From an uncultured Bacilli bacterium (GTDB lineage: Bacteria > Bacillota_I > Bacilli_A > RFN20 > CAG-288): DNA of 64,000 nucleotides. The notes beneath the pieces were generated by a model, which saw only the letters and a program-made list of their open reading frames with translations, ran no database searches and was not told where the DNA came from. The DNA lies in assembly GCA_944349335.1 (NCBI GenBank), contig CALVMW010000001.1, forward strand, positions 615,671-679,670. The letters run 5' to 3'. The translations under genes and the position numbers were made by a program. The number at the start of each line of letters is the position of its first letter. Within the stretch, counting starts at the first letter, position 1. Positions 8,729 to 18,155 of this stretch are shown here, in pieces.

Positions 8729-10714
8729 ATGGCTTGTAGTCATTGCAAAGTTCAACATAAAGAGTTAAGCGAAGAGAAAAAAGAAACAATAAAGAAAATA
8801 ATTTCTCTTGTCGTAGGTATTATCTTTTTAGTTATAGCTTATGTCTTAGTTAAAAATGATCCTACTATATATAAAGGAATAGAATGGGGATACTTTAGTC
8901 AAAGAGAATTTTATTCTTCCTACTCATTCATCTCTTTTATTTTATATTCAGTAGGTTACATTTACTTAGCTATCGATATCATCAAAGAGATGATAGAAGG
9001 GTTTAAAGAAAAAGAATTTTTTAATGAATCAACTCTAATGTTTATTGCGACCATAGGAGCCTATGCTATCTGTGAATTTCCTGAAGCTTTATTTGTTCTT
9101 CTTTTTAATATCGTCGGAGAAACTTTAGAAGAATATGCAACTAATAAATCAAAAAAATCTATCAATAAATTAGTTAATTCGATGCCATTATATGCTCATT
9201 ATGTAAATAGTGATGGTATGATTATTGAAAAAACACCGGAAGAAATTAATGTCGGTGATATTTTAGAAATTCATCCAGGAGAGAAAGTTGCAATCGATGG
9301 CGTTTTAATTAAAGGAAACACCTCTTTAGACTTATCTTCTATCAATGGAGAATCTTTACCAAAAGATATCATAATCGGTGATTTTGTATACTCTGGTTCT
9401 ATCAACCTCACTTCTAATATTCAAATTAAAACAACTAAAAAATATGAAGATTCTACTTTAAGTAAAATTATGTATTTAGTTGAAACTGAACAGAGCAAAA
9501 AAGCAAAAACAGAGAAATTTATAACTCGTTTTAGCCGCATTTATACACCGATAGTTATCCTCATCTCCCTGATAGTTTTCCTTACAGGATACGGCTTATC
9601 TGGTTTTGTTTGGGAGGGGAGTAATGGTGGTAGCATCTGGCTTTACCGCGCTTTATCTATTCTCCTTGTTTCTTGCCCTTGTGCTCTTATTATTTCTGTC
9701 CCGATCGGTTTCTTTGCTTCTATTGGTAAAGCGAGCTCTTTAGGCGTGTTAATTAAAGGTTCACTACCGATTGAAAATATGTCCAAAAGTAAATACTTTT
9801 TCTTTGATAAAACAGGAACTTTAACTAAAGGAAACTTTATTCTTAAAAATAAAGTTGACAATAAATATTTAAAGATAGCTGCCTCTATTGAATCAAAGAG
9901 TAATCACCCCTTATCAAAAGCGATATGCGATGCATATACGGGTGAACTTTTAAAAGTAGATGATGTAATAAATCATCCAGGATTTGGAATCGAAGGTTCT
10001 CTTGATGGTGATAAATATTTAATAGGCAGTAAAGAGTTTTTAATAAATAATGGAGTAAAAGATTTTGAAGAATATCAGACACCTTATAAAGTTCTCTACT
10101 TAGGTAAAAAAGGTGGTAATATGCTTTCTTATTTCATCGTCGCTGATGAAGTTAAACCTTCTGCTAAGGTTATGCTTTCAGCTTTAAAAGAAGAAAAAGT
10201 AAAAGAGACTATTATGCTGAGCGGAGATGAAGAAAAAATCGCTAAACAAGTCGCAAGCGATGTCGGTGTAGATAAAGTATTAGGCAATCTTTTACCAGAG
10301 GATAAACTAAATGAAATAAAATCAGCTTCTCAAAAAGGTAAAACTTGCTTTGTCGGTGATGGCGTCAACGATTCTCCTTCTCTTCTTGCAAGTGATGTCG
10401 GTGTAGCTATGGGCGCTTTAGGTAGCGATGCCGCTATTGAAGCGAGCGATATTGTTATTATGGATGATAATATCTTAAAAGTTGCTGAAACTAAAAGACT
10501 TTCAAAATATTCATTAGGAATTATCATCTCTGCTATTATCTTTTCTATTTTAGTTAAAGTTGCAGTTATGATTATTATCACCATTGGTTTAGCTGAAGAT
10601 TATGCGATGATTTTAGGATCGATATCAGATACAGCTGTTATGGCTTTATGCGTCCTCTACACTATGTCTATATTACTTTACAAACCTAAATATCTAAAAA
10701 GAGTACAAGCTTAA
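8729..10714 (+). CDS. cadA: Heavy-metal translocating P1B-type ATPase (Cd/Zn/Pb type)
   Basis: CPC transmembrane metal site (SCPCALI), DKTGTLT phosphorylation motif, GDGVNDSP hinge. Short N-terminal CxxC (MACSHC). GGGAGG RBS at 8718..8723. The ORF-track start at 8702 lies inside the -10 element, so the ATG at 8729 is preferred. Confidence 0.9.
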   Translation: MACSHCKVQHKELSEEKKETIKKIISLVVGIIFLVIAYVLVKNDPTIYKGIEWGYFSQREFYSSYSFISFILYSVGYIYLAIDIIKEMIEGFKEKEFFNESTLMFIATIGAYAICEFPEALFVLLFNIVGETLEEYATNKSKKSINKLVNSMPLYAHYVNSDGMIIEKTPEEINVGDILEIHPGEKVAIDGVLIKGNTSLDLSSINGESLPKDIIIGDFVYSGSINLTSNIQIKTTKKYEDSTLSKIMYLVETEQSKKAKTEKFITRFSRIYTPIVILISLIVFLTGYGLSGFVWEGSNGGSIWLYRALSILLVSCPCALIISVPIGFFASIGKASSLGVLIKGSLPIENMSKSKYFFFDKTGTLTKGNFILKNKVDNKYLKIAASIESKSNHPLSKAICDAYTGELLKVDDVINHPGFGIEGSLDGDKYLIGSKEFLINNGVKDFEEYQTPYKVLYLGKKGGNMLSYFIVADEVKPSAKVMLSALKEEKVKETIMLSGDEEKIAKQVASDVGVDKVLGNLLPEDKLNEIKSASQKGKTCFVGDGVNDSPSLLASDVGVAMGALGSDAAIEASDIVIMDDNILKVAETKRLSKYSLGIIISAIIFSILVKVAVMIIITIGLAEDYAMILGSISDTAVMALCVLYTMSILLYKPKYLKRVQA

Positions 10715-11058
10715 TGCTCGTACTCTTTTCTTTCACTATAAACTTTCTCATCTTTCTCAGAAACGTGCTCTAGACCTGTTTTAAATATATCTTTAATGTG
10801 ATTATCTTTTAAAGAATATAAAACTTGTTTTCCAGAGCGAGTAAAAATAACAATATCATGTTTACGAAGAATAGCTAGTTGATGAGATACTCTCGATTGC
10901 TCTAAAGAAAGTATTTCTGCTATCTCATTAACACAAAGCTTATTATCAATAAGAAGAGAGATAATCGCTAATCTAGTCTTATCAGCAAAAAGAGAGTAGA
11001 AAGAAGATAATGTTTCATAGGTGTTTTCAGACAATATCTTTATTTTGTTCTTTTCCAT
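10711..11058 (-). CDS. ArsR/SmtB-family metalloregulator (CadC/CzrA-like)
   Basis: 115 aa with a winged HTH (LFADKTRLAIISLL...CVNEIAEIL...VSHQLAILR). His/Glu/Asp-rich C-terminus. Convergent with cadA and overlapping its stop. Confidence 0.8.
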   Translation of the reverse strand: MEKNKIKILSENTYETLSSFYSLFADKTRLAIISLLIDNKLCVNEIAEILSLEQSRVSHQLAILRKHDIVIFTRSGKQVLYSLKDNHIKDIFKTGLEHVSEKDEKVYSERKEYEH

Positions 11059-11191
11059 AGTTCTTACCTTCTTAATTTATTATAAACTTTTCTTCATGAG
11101 TGTAAAATAGGCTAATTTAAGTAAATCAACCTATATATATGTTAAGGAAAAATACTAGATATATATATATTTATAATATATAATATATAAG

Positions 11192-11434
11192 TTGATTTTT
11201 GAGGTGAACATGAACACTGAAACTATCTATATATACGGAGAATATATCACTTTAGGACAGCTCATCAAGAAGATCGGGTTAGTTGAAAAAGGTGGGGATG
11301 AGAAAAGTTTCTTACAATCTCACTCTATCTTTTTTGGTGGTGTCGAAGAAAAAAGAAGAGGAAAAAAGTTACACATAGGTGAATCGATAACTATCGATTC
11401 TATCACCTACACTATATGTTCATCAAAGAATTAA
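11192..11434 (+). CDS. yaaA: S4-domain RNA-binding protein YaaA
   Basis: 80 aa located immediately upstream of recF, as in Bacillus. GAGGTGA RBS. Confidence 0.75.
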   Translation: MIFEVNMNTETIYIYGEYITLGQLIKKIGLVEKGGDEKSFLQSHSIFFGGVEEKRRGKKLHIGESITIDSITYTICSSKN

Positions 11435-12486
11435 CCCTAAGTAACTTTCGCTCCTATAAAGATCTTCACATTACTTTTCCTAATTCAACTATTTTTATTA
11501 TAGGTAAAAATGGTTCAGGAAAAACAAACATCCTTGAATCTCTCTATTATCTAAGTATTGGACGTTCATTTCTAAAAGTTGAAGATAAAAACTTAATCAA
11601 CGATAAAAGTTCAAGTGCGACTATCTTTATACGATACCATAGTGATAAAGACCATACTATCTCCTCTCTTATAACTCCTAAATATAAACAGATATATTTC
11701 GATGATGATAAAGTTAAAACACTATCTTCTCTACTCGGAAAGCTTTTAATAACTTATTATCTACCTAATCAAGTTTATCTTTTTAAAGAGGAGCCAAGTG
11801 AGAGAAGACGCATACTAGATGAGACTTTAAGTCAATTAGATAGCGACTACTTATATGAAATATCGCGCTATAAAAGATTACTTAAAGAGCGAAACTCCGC
11901 AATCGTTCAAAACTTCGATATAGATGTTATTAACGTCCTTAAAGATCAACTGATAAATCTTTCCTACTCCATCATCAAAAAAAGAAAGAAACTTATCTCC
12001 CTTCTTTCAGCTAGAACAGATGGAACTTATCACTCTTTATTTGCAAATAATAAAAAACTCAATCTCTTCTATAAAACTTCTTGCTCTTTAGCTGATGATA
12101 AAGACAAATTCATAAGCGAGATGGAGATTCTCTTCGAAAAGAACCGCTCTATTGAAAATATCAGACGCTCTACTATTATCGGTCCCCATAGAGATGATTT
12201 CTTCGCTCAAATTGATGACAAGAATCTTTCTTCTCATGGCTCTCAAAGTGAAAATAGATTAGCTTCTTTAAGCCTCCGTTTAGCTATAAGAGATGAGATA
12301 GAGTATGAAAAGAAGGAAAAACCGATTCTCTTGCTTGACGATATCTTATCGGACTTAGATAAAACGAGGCAAGATAACTTATTATCTTATATCAAAGATA
12401 AAGGTCAGGTATTTATAACTTACGCTAAGAGAGATGATAGGTTTAAAAATAATTTCATTTATACAACTTCAGACATGGAGGAATAA
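11416..12486 (+). CDS. recF: DNA replication and repair protein RecF
   Basis: Walker A GKNGSGKTN at the N-terminus, LLLDDILSDLD signature region, and synteny with gyrB. Confidence 0.95.
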   Translation: MFIKELTLSNFRSYKDLHITFPNSTIFIIGKNGSGKTNILESLYYLSIGRSFLKVEDKNLINDKSSSATIFIRYHSDKDHTISSLITPKYKQIYFDDDKVKTLSSLLGKLLITYYLPNQVYLFKEEPSERRRILDETLSQLDSDYLYEISRYKRLLKERNSAIVQNFDIDVINVLKDQLINLSYSIIKKRKKLISLLSARTDGTYHSLFANNKKLNLFYKTSCSLADDKDKFISEMEILFEKNRSIENIRRSTIIGPHRDDFFAQIDDKNLSSHGSQSENRLASLSLRLAIRDEIEYEKKEKPILLLDDILSDLDKTRQDNLLSYIKDKGQVFITYAKRDDRFKNNFIYTTSDMEE

Positions 12487-12488
12487 TT

Positions 12489-14660
12489 ATGACTGACGAA
12501 GAAAGAAGACAGATGTTAGAGAAATTGACTGAAAAACAAAAAAGAAAAGTTGAATCAGTCGCTCAAGCAGAAAAGAAACAAGAAGTACAACCTAAAAAGT
12601 TAGAAGAAACCCCCGCTGAATCTTTTGATGAAGAACATATTGAACATACTAATATTAGTGAAGCGGATGAAGAAAAAGCTTTAAAAGCTAAAGAAGAATA
12701 TACCGGAAAAGATATTGAAATATTAGAGGGTCTTCAAGCTATTAGGCAAAGACCTGGTATGTATATAGGTACAACTTCCTCTAAAGGTTTACACCACCTC
12801 ATCAGAGAAGCTGTTGATAATGGTGTTGATGAAGCCTTAGCTGGTTATTGTAAACATATCCATGTCACTATTCTTCCAGGAACTGAAGATAATCCAATAA
12901 ATAGAGTCCGCGTTGAAGATGATGGTAGAGGTATACCTTGTGATATCAATGCTCAAACTGGTCTTTCAACAGTAGAAACTGTTTATACATATCTACACGC
13001 TGGTGGTAAATTTAATAATAAAACAGCTTTTAAAATCTCTGGTGGTCTCCACGGTATAGGTGTTAAAGCTGTTAACGCTCTCTCCACACTTGTTATCGTC
13101 ACTGTCTACCGTGAAGGAAAAATCCATCAGATTAAATTTACTGATGGTGGACATACTGTCGCTCCTGGTCTACAAGTTATCGGATCATGCCCTCTTGAAA
13201 AAACAGGAACAACAGTAGAATTCACCCCTGATCCTTCTATCTTTAAAGAAACAACAACTTTTGATTATTCTACTATCAATAATTATTTAAGACAGACTGC
13301 ATATTTAACTAAAGGATTAGATATTACTTTAGAAGATTTAAGAGATCCTTCCAATAAACTTCATAATCATTATTGCTTTGAGGGTGGAATTAAAGAATAT
13401 GTTTCTTACATCAATGAAACTAAAGATAAAGTTTTTGATGCTATCCCTTATTGTATCGGTGAAGTCTCTTTACCTAGTGGAAATGAAGAAGGAGAAATGT
13501 CTACAATTATCTGTGAATGCGCTATGCAACCTACTAAAGGAGCAATTGAAAATATTAATTCCTTCTGTAACAACATCAGAACAATGGGTGGAGGAACACA
13601 TGAAGAAGGTTTATCTTTAGCTGTCGGTAGAGAATTAAGAAATTACTTTATGGCTAAAGGATGGATCAAAGATAAAGATGCTAAATTTGTAAGAAATGAT
13701 TATTTTGAAGGTTTAACCGTCGTCATATCTATCAAGCATTCCTCACCTCAATATGAAGGTCAAGTTAAAGATAAATTAGGAAATGATGAAGTTAGAAAAG
13801 TCGTGTCTTCTATCGTCGGTGATTTCTTAAAAGAATGGTTATTAGAAAATCCAAAAGAAGGTCGTCTCTGGTTTGAGAGAGTCGAACTTGCTTTTAAGAG
13901 TCGTCGCGCTTCTGAAAGAGCGATAGCACAAACCCAAGGTAAATTATCATCTGGTTCTGGTTTACCTGATAAATTGACAGATTGTGTAAGTAAAGATCCG
14001 CGTGAAAGAGAACTTTTTGTTGTTGAAGGTAATTCAGCTGGTGGTTCTGCTATCAGCGGTAGAGATGCTCGTACACAAGCTATTTTACCTTTAAGAGGTA
14101 AAGTCTTGAATGTTGAAAAAGCTCCTGCTGTGCGCATTGAAAAGAACGCTGAAATCAATACTCTTGTCACTGCTATTGGAGCCGGTCAAGGTGAACACTT
14201 CGATGTTTCAAAAATAAAATATGATAAAGTTATCATCATGACCGATGCCGATGTCGATGGTAGTCACATCAGAATCTTACTTCTTACTTTCTTCTATCGT
14301 TATATGCGCCCTCTTATCGAATATGGTCACCTTTATATCGCTCAACCTCCTCTTTATAGAGTAAGTTATCAAAATAAACTTTACTACGCTTATTCTGATG
14401 AAGATTTAGAAGAAATTAAAAGTAAGCTTCCTGCTAATGCTCGTTATGGTTTACAACGCTATAAAGGTTTAGGTGAAATGGATCCTAAACAACTTGATGA
14501 GACGACAATGAATAAAAATAATCGCCATATGTATCAAGTTACAATGTTAGATGCTCAAAGTGCCAATGATGCGATTATTGACCTTATGGGTGAAAATGTT
14601 ATGCCGAGAAAAGATTTCATCACGGCTAATGCTAAATTTGTTAAGAATCTTGACATCTAA
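12489..14660 (+). CDS. gyrB: DNA gyrase subunit B (with about 65-aa Lys/Glu-rich N-terminal extension)
   Basis: GHKL ATPase motifs, Toprim EGDSAGG, PLRGKVLNVEKA. GGAGGA RBS 6 nt before the ATG at 12489. Confidence 0.97.
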   Translation: MTDEERRQMLEKLTEKQKRKVESVAQAEKKQEVQPKKLEETPAESFDEEHIEHTNISEADEEKALKAKEEYTGKDIEILEGLQAIRQRPGMYIGTTSSKGLHHLIREAVDNGVDEALAGYCKHIHVTILPGTEDNPINRVRVEDDGRGIPCDINAQTGLSTVETVYTYLHAGGKFNNKTAFKISGGLHGIGVKAVNALSTLVIVTVYREGKIHQIKFTDGGHTVAPGLQVIGSCPLEKTGTTVEFTPDPSIFKETTTFDYSTINNYLRQTAYLTKGLDITLEDLRDPSNKLHNHYCFEGGIKEYVSYINETKDKVFDAIPYCIGEVSLPSGNEEGEMSTIICECAMQPTKGAIENINSFCNNIRTMGGGTHEEGLSLAVGRELRNYFMAKGWIKDKDAKFVRNDYFEGLTVVISIKHSSPQYEGQVKDKLGNDEVRKVVSSIVGDFLKEWLLENPKEGRLWFERVELAFKSRRASERAIAQTQGKLSSGSGLPDKLTDCVSKDPRERELFVVEGNSAGGSAISGRDARTQAILPLRGKVLNVEKAPAVRIEKNAEINTLVTAIGAGQGEHFDVSKIKYDKVIIMTDADVDGSHIRILLLTFFYRYMRPLIEYGHLYIAQPPLYRVSYQNKLYYAYSDEDLEEIKSKLPANARYGLQRYKGLGEMDPKQLDETTMNKNNRHMYQVTMLDAQSANDAIIDLMGENVMPRKDFITANAKFVKNLDI

Positions 14661-14671
14661 GGAGAATTATT

Positions 14672-17236
14672 ATGAACGATAATAACGAAAAAGATAATAA
14701 AATTGAAGGCCTTCAAGAAGGTATTCAAAATGGTCTTTCACCCTTAGAATTCTCTGATGAAGTTAAAACTGCTTTCCTTGATTATGCCGTCTCTACTTTA
14801 ACTTCAAGAGCTATTCCTGATGCAAGAGATGGTTTAAAACCTGTCCAAAGAAGAATTATCTATGGTATGTGGAATATGGGCGTATCACCTGATAAGCCTT
14901 ATAAAAAATCCGCCCGTATTACTGGTGAAGTCATGGGTAAATATCACCCTCATGGTAATTCTTCTATTTACGATGCGATGGCAAGATTAGCCCAACCTTT
15001 CGCTATGCGCTATCCTTTAGTCGATGGTCATGGTAATTTTGGTTCTCCTGATGGATATGCTCCTGCCGCTGAAAGATATACTGAAGCCCGCTTAAATAAG
15101 TTAGCGATGGAAATGACAAGAGATATCGAAAAAAATACTGTCTCTTTCATCGATACTTATGACTCTGAAGGAAAAGAACCGACCGTTCTTCCCTCTGTTT
15201 TCCCTAACTTACTTTGCAATGTCACTACTGGCATCGCTGTCGGTATGGCTACTTCTATTCCTCCTCATAATCTTTCTGAAGTTACAGAAGGTATTAAAGC
15301 TGTCATCAATAATCCTGCTATTACTACTGAAGAATTGATGGAAATAATCAAAGGACCTGATTTCCCTGATGGCGGTATTATCATCGGAAGAGCTGGTATC
15401 AAAAAATATTTTGAAACTGGTCGCGGCTCTATTCGTGTACGCAGCAAATATCATATCGAAGAGAAGAATGGTCATACTTCAATAGTCTTTACTGAATTGC
15501 CTTATATGACAAATAAAAAGCTATTAGCGAAGAAAATCGCTGATTTAGCTGATAGGAAAGTTATTGAAGGTATCGCCGCTATCGCCGATTACTCAGATTA
15601 TAAAACTGGTGTTAACTTCACTATTGAATTAAAGAAAAATACTAATGTCGATATAGTATTAAATCACTTATTTAAGTATACTGAACTTCAATCTAACTTC
15701 GCTGTCAATATGCTAGCTATCAATAATGGAACACCAGAAATTTTATCGATGAGAAAAGCGATAGATATCTATATCAATTTCCAAGAAGATATCATCACAA
15801 AAAGAACAAAATTTAATCTTCAAAAAGCTGAAAATAGAATTCATATATTAGAAGGTTTCTTAAAGATTACTGATAATATCGACCGCTGTATTCATATCAT
15901 CCGTTCTTCAGAAACTGATGAAGAAGTTATCGGAAAACTTTATGAAGAATTTGGTCTTGATGAGATTCAATCTAGAAGTGTTTTAGACATGCAGTTAAAG
16001 AGATTAAAGAAGCTTGATGAGAATAAATTTAAAGAAGAAAAAGCTTCTTTAGAAGCAGATTGTGTCCATTATAATAAGATTCTTTCTGATAAGCATGAGT
16101 TAGAGAAAACCTTAATAGAAGAACTCGACTATATCAAAGAAAACTATGGGGATGATAGAAGAACTACCATCTCTGATATGATTTATGATGAAAGCGATGA
16201 AGATCTTATTCCAAATAAAGAAATTCTTATCATGCTCACTAAATCTGGTTATATCAAGAGAGTCGATACTTCCGAATTTAAAACTCAAAATCGTGGAGGA
16301 ATCGGTGTTCAAGGCATGAAGACAAAAGAAGATGACACTGTAGAAATAATGATTCATAGTCATAATAAAACAGATGTTCTCTTCTTTACAGATAGAGGTA
16401 AAGTATATCGTTGTCGAGCTTATCAAATCCAAGAAGGTAGCCGCACCTCAAAAGGAATACCTGTTATCAACTTCTTACACTTAGATAAAGAAGAAAAAGT
16501 AACCTCTATCATCTCTATCGATAAATGTGATGATGATAAATACTTCTTCTTTGCTACAAGAGATGGTATTGTTAAACGCACTAAAGCCTCTGATTTTAAA
16601 CTAATTAACTCTAATGGTAAAATCGCTATAACATTAAAAGATAATGATGTTCTCATCGGTGTCAAATTAACTGATGGTAATGCCCTTATATCTCTAGGTA
16701 GCTCTAATGGCAAAGTCTGTACTTTCCATGAAAATGACGTTCGTTCGATGGGACGTACTGCTGCTGGTGTTAAAGGTATCAACCTTGAAGATGACTCACA
16801 TGTTATCGGTATTATTACTTCCTTAGAAGGTGATAAGATCTTCTCCTTATCAAGTAAAGGCTATGGTAAAATTACCGATATAAGTGAATATCGTATTACT
16901 TCAAGAGGTTCAAAAGGTGTTATCTCTTTAAAATCCACTGAAAAGAATGGTGAACTTATCGCCATTAAAACTGTAACTGGTGCTGAAGAGATTCTTATCA
17001 TCACTGACCATGGAACAATCATCAAGACAAGACTAGATCAAGTCAGTAATCTCTCAAGAAATACTATCGGTGTTAAGATCATCACTTTAAAAGATAATGA
17101 AAAGATCTCATCCTGTACAATCGAACCACCTGAAGAAGCATATCAAGCAGAAGATAAAGAAGAAGTTGAAGATGATACAAATATTGACGAAGAATTAAAT
17201 GCCATGTTAAATACTGAAAGTGAAGATGATGAATAA
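14672..17236 (+). CDS. gyrA: DNA gyrase subunit A
   Basis: AIPDARDGLKPVQRRI active-site region (Tyr in ERYTEARL), C-terminal beta-pinwheel repeats, acidic tail. Confidence 0.97.
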   Translation: MNDNNEKDNKIEGLQEGIQNGLSPLEFSDEVKTAFLDYAVSTLTSRAIPDARDGLKPVQRRIIYGMWNMGVSPDKPYKKSARITGEVMGKYHPHGNSSIYDAMARLAQPFAMRYPLVDGHGNFGSPDGYAPAAERYTEARLNKLAMEMTRDIEKNTVSFIDTYDSEGKEPTVLPSVFPNLLCNVTTGIAVGMATSIPPHNLSEVTEGIKAVINNPAITTEELMEIIKGPDFPDGGIIIGRAGIKKYFETGRGSIRVRSKYHIEEKNGHTSIVFTELPYMTNKKLLAKKIADLADRKVIEGIAAIADYSDYKTGVNFTIELKKNTNVDIVLNHLFKYTELQSNFAVNMLAINNGTPEILSMRKAIDIYINFQEDIITKRTKFNLQKAENRIHILEGFLKITDNIDRCIHIIRSSETDEEVIGKLYEEFGLDEIQSRSVLDMQLKRLKKLDENKFKEEKASLEADCVHYNKILSDKHELEKTLIEELDYIKENYGDDRRTTISDMIYDESDEDLIPNKEILIMLTKSGYIKRVDTSEFKTQNRGGIGVQGMKTKEDDTVEIMIHSHNKTDVLFFTDRGKVYRCRAYQIQEGSRTSKGIPVINFLHLDKEEKVTSIISIDKCDDDKYFFFATRDGIVKRTKASDFKLINSNGKIAITLKDNDVLIGVKLTDGNALISLGSSNGKVCTFHENDVRSMGRTAAGVKGINLEDDSHVIGIITSLEGDKIFSLSSKGYGKITDISEYRITSRGSKGVISLKSTEKNGELIAIKTVTGAEEILIITDHGTIIKTRLDQVSNLSRNTIGVKIITLKDNEKISSCTIEPPEEAYQAEDKEEVEDDTNIDEELNAMLNTESEDDE

Positions 17237-18113
17237 AATTCTTCTTTCATATGATAATAGGAGATTAACCGCTCCTTTTAATTACATTGCTAAATTATTT
17301 TTCAGTAATAATCTATCTAATAAAGGATACATTGTCACTGAAGATTATAATGATGATTATGAAGCTGTCATTTTCCCTTCAAGTGAAGATATGATGAGCA
17401 ACTTTCCTAAAATTAAAAAAGGTGTTAAAACCTATCTTCTCGCTCTTAACGATATAGAAGATTATGCTGATAATCATAAAAAAATTCAGCTTTCTATGAC
17501 TGCTTATAATTATTTTCAAAAAGCAGATTGTTTATTAGTCTTCTATGAATCTCAAAAAAAATTTCTTCTTGAGAATAAAGTAACAACCGAAATAAAAGTT
17601 ATTGATCTTAATCCGACTTATTCAGACGACAATATTTCACAAGAAGAAAAAGAGAGTTTTCGTCACTATCTTCAATTAGAAAAAGAAAAAGTCACAATTG
17701 TAACTTTCGGTGCCCTCAATTCTAAAGATGATTATAATCTCTTTGAATCAATCGCCAGACTTTTCCCGGATAAAGAATTTCTCTACTTTGGAAAGCTTGA
17801 CAAAGAATTCTATCATCTGCGTTTACAAGAAAGATTATCTCAACCGATCAATATTCGTTACTGCTTACCTTTAAGAGAGGAGCTTTACCATTCAGCTTTA
17901 CTTACTGCTGATTGCTTCTTTAGCACTCAGAAAGTATTACCTAACATCTTAGCGATAAATGATTTTAATGCTCACGGTGTACCGATCATCTTCTCAAATG
18001 AACCTTATGTTCCTGAAATAACTGAACTTAAAAACACCCAAATAATTACTAATTTTGAAAAACTCTATCAAAAGATAAAAGATATTCAAAAAATTGAGCG
18101 CAATCATGTTTGA
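17220..18113 (+). CDS. Hypothetical protein, possible GT-B glycosyltransferase-like C-terminal domain
   Basis: 297-aa ORF overlapping the gyrA stop. The C-terminal half resembles a GT4 EX7E region (REELYHSALLTAD...GVPII). Start uncertain (ATGs at 17220, 17226, 17229). Confidence 0.5.
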   Translation: MKMMNKILLSYDNRRLTAPFNYIAKLFFSNNLSNKGYIVTEDYNDDYEAVIFPSSEDMMSNFPKIKKGVKTYLLALNDIEDYADNHKKIQLSMTAYNYFQKADCLLVFYESQKKFLLENKVTTEIKVIDLNPTYSDDNISQEEKESFRHYLQLEKEKVTIVTFGALNSKDDYNLFESIARLFPDKEFLYFGKLDKEFYHLRLQERLSQPINIRYCLPLREELYHSALLTADCFFSTQKVLPNILAINDFNAHGVPIIFSNEPYVPEITELKNTQIITNFEKLYQKIKDIQKIERNHV

Positions 18114-18155
18114 TTATATATAATAATAACGATTAAAGAAGGAGAAATAAAAATT

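Noticed and set aside
18114-18155. T-box riboswitch leaders upstream of serS (and metG at 45527..45649)
   Set aside because: The intergenic regions are only about 40 and 120 bp, which is far too short for a T-box (about 250 nt). No specifier or T-box sequence seen.
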